64,000 nucleotides of DNA from Nitrospirota bacterium (GTDB lineage: Bacteria; Nitrospirota; UBA9217). Below are positions 12,222-21,177 of the stretch, piece after piece (the stretch's first letter is position 1; every line of letters starts with the position of its first letter). The position numbers and the translations under genes are program-made. The notes below the pieces were generated by a model. The model saw nothing but the letters and a program-made list of their open reading frames with translations, had not been told where the DNA came from and made no database searches. The stretch is taken from positions 736,001-800,000 of the forward strand of contig CAWBNQ010000001.1 of NCBI GenBank assembly GCA_963790205.1. The letters are read 5' to 3'.

Positions 12222-13031
12222 ATGATTAAAGCAGTCGTTACCGGCGCTGCGGGCAGGATGGGTTCACGGATCATCAACGTGCTCTCGACCTCGGAAGGCA
12301 TCCGCCTTTCCGCCGCTGTAGAGCGGAAAGGACATCCCCTGGTCGGCCAGGATTCCTGCGGCGTGGCGGGGCTCCCGTCCGGCGGGGTCCTGACCATGGT
12401 CACCGACGACCTCGCCAACGCGCTCAAGACCGGAGATGTGCTCATCGATTTCACCGCTCCCGAGGCCAGCCTCGAGCATATCCGCATCTGCGCCGAGCAC
12501 AAACGGCCTGTCGTGGTAGGGTCAACCGGCTTTTCGAAGGAGCAGCTTGAGCAGGTCAGGATATACACCCAGGCGATCCCCTGCGTGCTCTCGCCGAACA
12601 TGAGCATCGGGGTCAACCTCTGCTTCAAGATCCTTGCGGAGGTGGCAAAGACGCTCGGCGATGACTATGACATCGAGGTGATCGAGGCCCACCACCGCAT
12701 GAAAAAGGACGCGCCGTCAGGCACGGCGGTGAAGATGGCCCAGGTGCTGGCGCAGGCGGTGGACCGGAACCTCGACGAGGTCGGCGTGTACGCGCGCAAA
12801 GGCATGATCGGCGAGCGCTCGAAAAAGGAGATCGGCATCCAGACCGTGCGCGCCGGCGACATCGTGGGCGAGCACACGGTGCTGTTTGCGGGCAAGGGCG
12901 AGCGTATTGAGATCACCCACCGGGCCCACAGCAGGGACACCTTTGCCGCCGGGGCCGTGCGCGCTGCAAAGTGGGTCGTCGGGAAGAAACCGGGCCTGTA
13001 CGATATGCAGGATGTGCTGGGCCTGAAATAA
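12222..13031 (+). CDS. dapB: 4-hydroxy-tetrahydrodipicolinate reductase
   Basis: GAAGRMG, EAHHRMKKDAPSGTA, RAGDIVGEH. Confidence 0.96.
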   Translation: MIKAVVTGAAGRMGSRIINVLSTSEGIRLSAAVERKGHPLVGQDSCGVAGLPSGGVLTMVTDDLANALKTGDVLIDFTAPEASLEHIRICAEHKRPVVVGSTGFSKEQLEQVRIYTQAIPCVLSPNMSIGVNLCFKILAEVAKTLGDDYDIEVIEAHHRMKKDAPSGTAVKMAQVLAQAVDRNLDEVGVYARKGMIGERSKKEIGIQTVRAGDIVGEHTVLFAGKGERIEITHRAHSRDTFAAGAVRAAKWVVGKKPGLYDMQDVLGLK

Positions 13032-13115
13032 AATCGATGCTCTTCAAAATGCAGGGCGGTGCGGACGATGCGCAGCCATGCATTGTGGGCATCATACGTG
13101 AAGGAGTGAAGTGTA

Positions 13116-13892
13116 ATGAAAAAGTATATAGTCAGCATGATGGTGGGGTTTTTATTCCTTGTGCCGCTCACCTCGGGCGCCTTTACCTCGGAGCATCCCG
13201 GCTGCGGGGGGGATTGCCGGGAGTGCCATACGCTGGAGAAAAAAGAGGCCGAAGGAATCATAAAAAAAGTTGTTCCGGCGGGCACCGTTCTCGACGTGAA
13301 GATGGCCCCGGTCAGAGGGCTCTGGCAGATCGACTTTGACGTGGAGGGGAAGCACGGGGTCGTGTTCCTCGATTTTTTAAAGAGTAATCTCGTGGTAGTG
13401 CAGCAGATCATTCCCATCGAGTCAATCGGCAAGCCCGCAGCGCCGAAAATGGTAGATTTCTCCAGGCTCCCGCTCAAAGAGGCGCTTGTTCTGGGGCCGA
13501 AATCCGCGAAGAAAAAGATCGTGGTGTTTACCGATCCCGACTGCCCCTTCTGCCGGAAGCTGCATGAGGAGATCAAACTGGTCCTGGCGAAGCGGCATGA
13601 TGTCGCCTTCTACATCTTCCTCCGTCCACTCCCCATGCACGGAAAAGACGCGAATGACAAGGCACAGGCCATTATTTGCGCAAAATCGCCGGCGCTCCTC
13701 GACGAGGCCTTGTCCGGGAAGGCTGTCCCCCCGCCTTCCTGTTCGACCGCCGGCGAACAGGTGGAGAAAAACAACAAGCTTGCCGATTCACTCGGCCTGC
13801 TCGGCACGCCCACGCTGGTGCGCCAGGACGGCATGGTGAACTTCGGCTACCTCCCGGCGGAACAGCTTTCGGCCTGGATCGACGGCAAATAA
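13116..13892 (+). CDS. DsbC-family thiol:disulfide isomerase with N-terminal CxxCH
   Basis: Signal peptide; FTDPDCPFC active site; GTP cis-Pro loop; GCGGDCRECH near the mature N-terminus. Confidence 0.85.
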   Translation: MKKYIVSMMVGFLFLVPLTSGAFTSEHPGCGGDCRECHTLEKKEAEGIIKKVVPAGTVLDVKMAPVRGLWQIDFDVEGKHGVVFLDFLKSNLVVVQQIIPIESIGKPAAPKMVDFSRLPLKEALVLGPKSAKKKIVVFTDPDCPFCRKLHEEIKLVLAKRHDVAFYIFLRPLPMHGKDANDKAQAIICAKSPALLDEALSGKAVPPPSCSTAGEQVEKNNKLADSLGLLGTPTLVRQDGMVNFGYLPAEQLSAWIDGK

Positions 13893-13910
13893 GTCTGCGC
13901 GGAGCGGTGT

Positions 13911-14672
13911 ATGAGACTGGTGCGGTTTCTGGCGCGGGGCGACAAGCCGGCCTGGGGCATCGTAAACGGCGACGAGCTTGCGGAACTGGACGGAGATTTT
14001 TTTACTCCCTTCAAAACGGCGAAGGCCGGCCATGTCCTTTCCCGGGTGCAGCTTCTCCCGCCGTGTAACCCGTCCAAGGTCGTGGCTGTCGGGCTGAACT
14101 ATCGGGACCACGCTCACGAGCTGGGACTTGCGATTCCCGAGGAGCCGGTCATCTTTCTTAAGCCGCCGACGACCGTTATCGGACCGGGTGAAAGCGTCAT
14201 CTGTCCCGCGGCGAGCGCGCGCGTGGATTACGAGGCCGAGCTTGGCGTTGTGGTCAAGGACCGGACCAGGAACATCGGTCCCGAAGAGGCGCCTGACCAT
14301 ATTCTCGGGTATACCTGTGCGAACGATGTCACGGCGCGCGATTTGCAGAAAAAGGACGGGCAATGGACGCGCGCCAAGTCCTTCGATACATTCTGCCCCG
14401 TCGGACCCTGGATAGAAACCGACCTTGACCCCGGGGACCTTCTGATCCAGTCCTATCTCAACGGCGAGCGCCGGCAGTCCTCCCGGACGTCGCAGCTTAT
14501 TTTCAACGTTCATGAGCTCGTCAGCTTCATCTCCGGGATCATGACGCTTGAGCCGGGAGACCTCATTATAACCGGGACACCGGCGGGCATCGGGCCCATG
14601 AAGCCCGGCGATGAGATCGAGGTGCGGATAGAGGGGATCGGGAGCTTGAAGAACCGTGTAAGTGCGGAATGA
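13911..14672 (+). CDS. Fumarylacetoacetate hydrolase family protein
   Basis: VGLNYRDH, DYEAEL, NDVTARD, KSFDTFCPVGP, TGTPAG. Confidence 0.92.
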   Translation: MRLVRFLARGDKPAWGIVNGDELAELDGDFFTPFKTAKAGHVLSRVQLLPPCNPSKVVAVGLNYRDHAHELGLAIPEEPVIFLKPPTTVIGPGESVICPAASARVDYEAELGVVVKDRTRNIGPEEAPDHILGYTCANDVTARDLQKKDGQWTRAKSFDTFCPVGPWIETDLDPGDLLIQSYLNGERRQSSRTSQLIFNVHELVSFISGIMTLEPGDLIITGTPAGIGPMKPGDEIEVRIEGIGSLKNRVSAE

Positions 14673-14742
14673 TGCACGATCCGGGATGCAGGATGAAATG
14701 AAATAGCTGCTCTCATGCATCGTGGATCATGCATCCTGCCTC
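14671..14742. repeat. Inverted heptamer tandem array (GATGCAN)n upstream of dapL
   Basis: GATGCAC GATCCGG GATGCAG GATG / TCATGCA TCGTGGA TCATGCA TCCTGCC. Confidence 0.8.
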
Positions 14743-14788
14743 CGGCCCTATTCGTCCCGGCTATCGTTCAACATTGAGGAGGAAATCA

Positions 14789-16034
14789 GTGCCACAGTCG
14801 AGTGAACCCTATGTCCAGTCCCTCTTTGCCGGGCGGATCGGCGGCGCGATGTTCGGCAAGGAACAGAAGATCTACAAGTTTGAAAAGATCAAGCGCGCCA
14901 AGCGCGCGGCGCTGTCGGCCCATCCCGGCGCGGAGCTGATCGACTTCGGCGTGGGCGAGCCGGACGAGATGGCTTTCCCCGGCGTTGTCCGGTCGCTCCA
15001 GGAAGAAGCGGCAAGGCCGGAGAACCGCGGCTACGCCGACAACGGCATCCGGGAGTTCAAGGAAGCGGCCGCGCGGTATATGCAAAAGGTCTACGGTGTG
15101 GAAGGCATCAACCCCGAGACCGAGGTGCTCCACGGCATCGGCAGCAAGCCCGTGCTCGCCATGTTTCCGGCAATCTTCATCAATCCCGGCGATGTGACGC
15201 TCATGACCGTGCCGGGCTATCCTATCATGGGGACGCATACGCGCTGGTATGGCGGCGCCGTGGTCAATCTGCCGCTGCGCGAAGAGAACGGATTTCTGCC
15301 CGATCTCGACTCCATCCCCGGGGATGTGAGGACAAAGGCAAAGCTCCTCTATATCAATTATCCGAACAACCCAACGGGCGCGGGCGCAACCGGGGCCTTC
15401 TTCGAGAAGGTCGTGAAGTTCGCCAAAGAGAACAGCGTCATTGTGGTGCACGATGCGGCCTATGCCGCTCTCACGTTCGGCGCCAAGCCGCTTTCGTTCC
15501 TCTCGGTAGCGGGCGCAAAAGAAGTGGGCGTCGAGGTCCACTCCCTCTCCAAGGCATATAACATGACCGGCTGGCGCCTTGCCTTCGTCGTCGGGAACGA
15601 GCGCGTCATTGCCGGCTACGGGAACGTCAAGGACAATTATGACTCCGGTCAGTTCAAGGCAATACAGAAGGCGGGCGTATATGCCCTCGACCACCCCGAG
15701 ATCACGGATGAGATCGCGGCAAAGTACGAGCGGAGGCTCAGGGCCATGGTCGCTGTCCTTGCAGAGATGGGCTTCAACGCAAAGATGCCGTCGGGCTCGT
15801 TCTACCTCTACGTAAAGATGCCGAAAGGCGTCAGGAACGGAAGACGGTTCTCGACTGCCGAGGAGTTCTCCGAGTTCCTCATCACGGAAAAGCTCATCAG
15901 CACCGTGCCCTGGGACGATGCCGGGGCGTTTATCCGCTTCTCGGCCACCTTCGAGTCCCAAGGCAAGGCCGACGAACAGCGGGTGCTCGAAGGAGTTCAA
16001 GAAGCGGATGGCAGGGCTGCAGTTCGAATTTTAG
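14789..16034 (+). CDS. dapL: LL-diaminopimelate aminotransferase (+1 frameshift near 15990 alters the C-terminus)
   Basis: SD AGGAGG then GTG; IDFGVGEPD, NYPNNPTG, HDAAY, SLSKAYNMTGWR; dap gene context. Corrected end reads EEFKKRMAGLQFEF*. Confidence 0.85.
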
Positions 16035-16042
16035 TTCACGCA

Positions 16043-16110
16043 GATGCATGATCCATGGTCCACGATGCATGATTGTTTCGCGTATCGTGCATCCTGCATC
16101 AGGTATCCTG
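16043..16110. repeat. Inverted heptamer tandem array (GATGCAN)n downstream of dapL
   Basis: GATGCAT GATCCAT GGTCCAC GATGCAT / TCGCGTA TCGTGCA TCCTGCA TCAGGTA TCCTG. Confidence 0.8.
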
Positions 16111-16117
16111 AAACGCT

Positions 16118-16606
16118 ATGCCGACTACCGCATACATCGGTCTGGGCTCGAATATGGGCGACAGGACAGGCGCCTGCAGGCGGGCGCTTGAATTGTTAAG
16201 CAGGGCGGGCCGCGTCGTAAAGATTTCCTCATTTTACTGCACCGAACCCGTTGGTTACCGGGAGCAGGAAGAGTTCATTAATGCAGTTGCAGAGCTCGAG
16301 ACCGAGCTGTCACCGCGGGACCTTCTCACTGTATGCCAGACGATCGAGAACGAGCTCGGCCGCGTGCGCCTCGTCCGCTGGGGTCCGCGAGCGGTGGACC
16401 TCGACATCCTGCTCTATGGCAGCACCATAGTCAAGACGCCCGACCTCCTTATCCCGCATCCGCAGCTGTCCTTGCGGGGGTTCGTGCTCGTACCGCTGTG
16501 TGAAATTGCGCCCCACTTCGTGCATCCTGTTCTCAAAAAGACTATCGCGCACCTGCTGCACGAGTCGAAGGACCCGCACCGGGTGGTCAAGTGCGGGGTA
16601 GCATGA
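16118..16606 (+). CDS. folK: HPPK (hydroxymethyldihydropteridine pyrophosphokinase)
   Basis: AYIGLGSNMGD, RWGPRAVDLDIL, IPHP. Confidence 0.95.
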   Translation: MPTTAYIGLGSNMGDRTGACRRALELLSRAGRVVKISSFYCTEPVGYREQEEFINAVAELETELSPRDLLTVCQTIENELGRVRLVRWGPRAVDLDILLYGSTIVKTPDLLIPHPQLSLRGFVLVPLCEIAPHFVHPVLKKTIAHLLHESKDPHRVVKCGVA

Positions 16607-16642
16607 ACTGGTGCAGAACTATTCATGACCCATGGTGCTCTC

Positions 16643-17309
16643 ATGAACAAGAAACCGGACGCCCATCGTAATACCCGCTATATCGTGACCGAAGGACCGC
16701 TCGGCGTGGGCAAGACGAGCCTCACGAGCCTGCTCGCCGAGGAGCTCGGCGCCCGCCTGGTCCTCGAGCGGGCCGAGGACAACCCGTTTCTCTCCGACTT
16801 CTATAAAGACTCGGCGCGCTACCGGTTCCAGACGCAGATGTTCTTTCTCCTGAACCGGTACAGCCAGCAGGAAGAGATGGCGCAGCCCGACCTGTTCACG
16901 CGGATCACCATCAGCGATTACCTCTTTGCCAAAGACCGCATCTTCGCCTACCTCAACTTAAACGACCACGAGCTCTGCGCTCTATGAGCAGATCTACAAG
17001 ATGCTGGAACCCAAGATCATCCGGCCCGATCTCGTCATTTTCCTCCAGGCGGACACGGACACGCTCCTCCGCCGCATCAAACAGCGCGGCCGCTCCTTTG
17101 AAAAGGACATCAACACCGATTACCTGGCCGCGGTGAACGAAGCCTACAACCAGTACTTCTTCCATTACTCCGATACGCCGCTTTTGGTCATCAATACCTC
17201 GGACATCGACTTTGTGCACCGCAGGGAGGACCTCGACGATCTCCTGAAGCAGGTTCTCGGCATGAAACAGGGCACGCTGTACTACGTGCCGGTATCGAAA
17301 GGCAGATAG
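16643..17309 (+). CDS. Deoxynucleoside kinase (+1 frameshift near 16976)
   Basis: EGPLGVGKTSL P-loop, NPFLSDFY, PDLVIFLQA, RIKQRGRSFE; folK/pan context. Confidence 0.88.
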
Positions 17310-17354
17310 TAAGTTGTTGGTTCGCGGAAGGAATTGGTATCGGACTTGAACCAG

Positions 17355-18200
17355 ATGAAGATCGTCACCGCCATATCCGACATGCAGTCTCTTGCCGAAT
17401 CGCTCCGCAAAGAGGGGAAAAGAATCGGCTTCGTGCCTACCATGGGGTTCCTGCACGAGGGGCACCTCTCGCTCATGCGCAAGGCGCGGGAGGACTGCGA
17501 CGTCGTGGTCGTGAGCATCTTCGTGAACCCGGCGCAGTTCGGGCCGAACGAGGACCTCGACCGGTATCCCCGCGACGCTGAGGGGGACCGGAAGAAGTGC
17601 GGGTCCGCGGGCGTGGACATTCTTTTCATTCCCTCAGCAGCTGAGATGTACCACGCAAAAGCGGCGGTTTTCGTTACGGTAGAGGGGGCCTCGGACGTGC
17701 TCGAAGGGGCGATCCGGCCCGGTCACTTTCGCGGCGTGGCCACCGTGGTTGCCAAGCTCTTCAATCTGGTGAAGCCGCACAGGGCCTACTTCGGCCAGAA
17801 GGACTTTCAGCAGTGTGTAGTGGTCAAGCGGATGGTTACGGGGCTGAATATGGACGTGGAGGTCGTCGTGCTGCCCACGGTGCGCGAGGCAGACGGTCTG
17901 GCCATGAGTTCCCGGAACAGCTACCTGAACGCCGAAGAGCGGCGCGCGGCAACGGTTTTGTTCAAGGCGCTCACGGCGGGGCGCGATCTGTTCGAGGCCG
18001 GCGCACGAGAGCCCGAAAAATTAAAAAACAAAATGCGCGCTGTTATCCAGGAGGGAGGGCCTGGCGTAACAATAGACTATGTCGAGATCGCCGACCGCGA
18101 GAGCCTCGCCCCGCTGCTGACCGCCTCGAACAGCATGGTGCTGTTAGTTGCAGCGTGTCTTGGGCGTACAAGATTGATTGACAACCTGCTTGTTCTATGA
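17355..18200 (+). CDS. panC: Pantoate-beta-alanine ligase
   Basis: FVPTMGFLHEGH, RPGHFRGV, GLAMSSRN, TRLIDN. Confidence 0.96.
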   Translation: MKIVTAISDMQSLAESLRKEGKRIGFVPTMGFLHEGHLSLMRKAREDCDVVVVSIFVNPAQFGPNEDLDRYPRDAEGDRKKCGSAGVDILFIPSAAEMYHAKAAVFVTVEGASDVLEGAIRPGHFRGVATVVAKLFNLVKPHRAYFGQKDFQQCVVVKRMVTGLNMDVEVVVLPTVREADGLAMSSRNSYLNAEERRAATVLFKALTAGRDLFEAGAREPEKLKNKMRAVIQEGGPGVTIDYVEIADRESLAPLLTASNSMVLLVAACLGRTRLIDNLLVL

Positions 18201-18394
18201 TATGAATTCTGGATTGAGCGCATTCTCCGTTGCTGCGGGGTTAGTGAGCAAATACGATTATGTTCTTCCTTTGAGAATCGAGATTCCCGGCAGATGCTTA
18301 TACAAAGCTCCATTTGCTGCACGGAGCTTCAATATTCGAAACTAAGCGGCAGGCCCGCCTCTTCTTGACCGGCAGTTCGCGCAGAGGTATACCG

Positions 18395-19444
18395 ATGGCG
18401 TTACCGAAGCTCAATGACCGCATGCTTGACATCATCATGACCGCCCGGTCCGTTGTCTCGCAGCTCGACCTCGACAAGGCGCTCACCATGGCGCTCAAGA
18501 AGGCCCTGGAGATTACGAAAGCCAAGGCGGGAAGTGTTGCACTGTACTCAGCCAAAACCGCGACCATGCGCATTCACGCGCACAAGGGGCTCTCAAGGGA
18601 TTTCATATCAAACCGGGAATGGAAGGTCCGCCGGGACGGGCTTACGGCACGCATTTTAAAATCCCGGACCATCACCGTCATCAACAACAGGACGAACAAA
18701 TCTTTTTTTACCAATCCTGTCGCGCTTCACGAGGGCGTCAAGTCACTCATTTGCGTCCCCCTCATCTATTCCCATGAGGTCGTCGGCATTCTTTACGTCG
18801 ATGACTTTACCCTGCGAAAATTTCCCGCTCCCCTTCTCCAGGCGCTTAGCATTCTCGGCTCCTTCGCGTCCATTGCCATCCATCATGCCCGGACCCACGA
18901 CCGGGTCAAGCAGCAGGCCATCACCGACAGTCTCACCGGCCTGTTCAACCGGAGATGTTTCGAAAGCATCCTGAACAGGGAATTCCAGCGCGCGTCGCGG
19001 CATCGGCGGGAGTTTTCGCTCGCCCTCGTGGACGTCAACGATTTTAAGAAGTTTAACGACGCCTTTGGGCACCAGGCGGGGGATGAGGCGCTGGCCTCGC
19101 TCGGTGAGGCGATCCGGCAGGCCGTCAGGAGCACTGACCTGGCCGCACGCTACGGCGGGGACGAGATCGCGATCATCCTTCCCGAGACCAAACTATCGAA
19201 AGCCTACAACCTCTTCGCCGGCCGGATCAAGCGTGAAATCGAGGGCGGCTTTGCCAAGCTGTCGGGCGACCGGCATACCCTCACGGTCACGATCGGGATC
19301 GCGTCCTATCCCCGGGACGGCGAGAACGCCATGGAGCTGATCCTTTCCGCGGACAAGGCGCTTATGTCCGCAAAAAAAGAAAAGCACAGCCGGCGGATCG
19401 GCTGTGCCCGCATGGTCCCCGGCGCGCTCTGCGCTACACCATGA
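18395..19444 (+). CDS. GAF-GGDEF diguanylate cyclase (GGDEI variant)
   Basis: GAF SLICVPL..GILYVD; DSLTGLFNRR, FKKFNDAFGHQAGD, RSTD I-site, RYGGDEI. Confidence 0.88.
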   Translation: MALPKLNDRMLDIIMTARSVVSQLDLDKALTMALKKALEITKAKAGSVALYSAKTATMRIHAHKGLSRDFISNREWKVRRDGLTARILKSRTITVINNRTNKSFFTNPVALHEGVKSLICVPLIYSHEVVGILYVDDFTLRKFPAPLLQALSILGSFASIAIHHARTHDRVKQQAITDSLTGLFNRRCFESILNREFQRASRHRREFSLALVDVNDFKKFNDAFGHQAGDEALASLGEAIRQAVRSTDLAARYGGDEIAIILPETKLSKAYNLFAGRIKREIEGGFAKLSGDRHTLTVTIGIASYPRDGENAMELILSADKALMSAKKEKHSRRIGCARMVPGALCATP

Positions 19445-20940
19445 CCACCTCATACTGCTCCTGATGCAGGTTCGGGTCCGCCTTGATCACGATCTTCTTC
19501 TGAAATTCCTTTTCCAGTTCCTCGACGCCCTGCCGCTCCTCATCGTACATCATGTCGGCGACCACGGAATTCACCGTCACGAGCGCTTTCCTCTCCTCGG
19601 CGCCGTTAAAAGCCCGCCTGATCTCGCGGAAGACCTCGTAGCAGATAGTGCGGGCCGATTTCACATAGCCGCGTCCGTCGCAGTAGGGACAGAGATCGCA
19701 GAGCGTGCGGCCGAGGCTTTCGCGGATACGCTTCCTGGTCATCTCGATCAGGCCGATCGGCGAAATGTGGGAAATGGTGGTCTTGGCCTTGTCGTGCGAG
19801 AGAGCCTCCTGGAGCGCCGAGTACACCTTGCGGCGGTTGTCCTCGCGCTCCATGTCGATGAAGTCCAGGATGAGGATGCCGCCGATGTTCCGGAGCCTGA
19901 GTTGGTAGGCGATCTCCCGCACGGCCTCGATGTTGGTCTTTAAGATCGTGTCCTCGAGCGTCCGTTTGCCAACGTACCGGCCGGTATTCACGTCGATGGT
20001 GGTGAGCGCCTCGGTCTGGTCGATAATGATGTAGCCGCCGGACTTGAGCCAGACCTTTCTGCCGAGAGCGCGCGAAATCTCGATCTCGACGCCGTAGTGG
20101 TCGAAGATGGGCTCGTCGCCGTCGTAGGGCTTTACGCGCCTGCCGAGCTGGGGCAGATAAGACTCGATGAAATCCTTGACCCGGCGATACTCCTCTTCGG
20201 AGTCGATGACCATCCGGTCCACATCCTTCGTAAAGACGTCCCGGATGACGCGGAACACCAGGTCGAGCTCGTTATGCATCATGGCCGGCGCCGAGGTTTT
20301 TTCTTTTCTCTTCTGGACGTTCTCCCACAGACGGCGCGAGGAATTCTATGTCCGCGGTAAAGTCCTCCTCGCTCCGGCCCTGGCTCGCGGTCCTGACGAT
20401 ATAGCCGGTGTTCGGCTTCCGCAGCCTGCCCACGATCTCGCGGAGCCGCTTCCGCTCCTCGCCGTTCTCGATCCGGCGCGAGACGCCGATGTGGTTCACC
20501 CCCGGCATCATGACGAGGTAGCGGCCGGGAATGCTGATATACGTAGTCACCCGCGCGCCCTTCGTGCTGATCGGCTCCTTCGACACCTGCACCAGAATTT
20601 CCTGGCCTTCCTGCAAAAGGTCCTCGATCTGGTTCGAATGGGAGCGCTTGCGCTTGGGTTCGACCTCGAGTTCCAGCCCTTCGTCTTCCATCATGGGCGT
20701 GTACTCGGAGGTGCTGTCGAACACATCTCCCACGTAGAGGAAGGCCGATTTTTCCAGCCCCACGTCCACGAAGGCGGCCTGCATACCGGGCAGCACTTTC
20801 ATCACCCTGCCCTTATACACATTGCCGGCGATGCCCCGGTCTTTCTTGCGGTCGATATAAATCTCGGTGACGAGGCCGTTCTCCAGAAGCGCCACCCGTG
20901 TCTCTTCACGGCCCGCATTGACGATGATCTCAGAGGACAT
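19434..20940 (-). CDS. rng: Rne/Rng family ribonuclease (+1 frameshift near 20335)
   Basis: GNVYKGRV..PGMQAAFVD; IDVNTG; QLRLRNIGGILILDFIDM; CPYCDG. Confidence 0.9.
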
Positions 20941-21177
20941 GATGTCTCCTTACCCAAGTTGTATATTTATAAATGAGCGTTAGGATTAAATATATAATAG
21001 GTTGCTGTTTAATACAAGGGTAAAAATGGCGTTCTCCGGCAGAGGTTCCCGGTTTCCGGAGGAGGCGGGGAGAAAAGCGGCCATCCCGTGGCTTGTGATT
21101 GATGCGAGTGACCCGAATCCTTCCGAACGGACCGGCGTCGGGGTGACCGCAGCCCGCCTGCCGCGGGTATGCACTCG

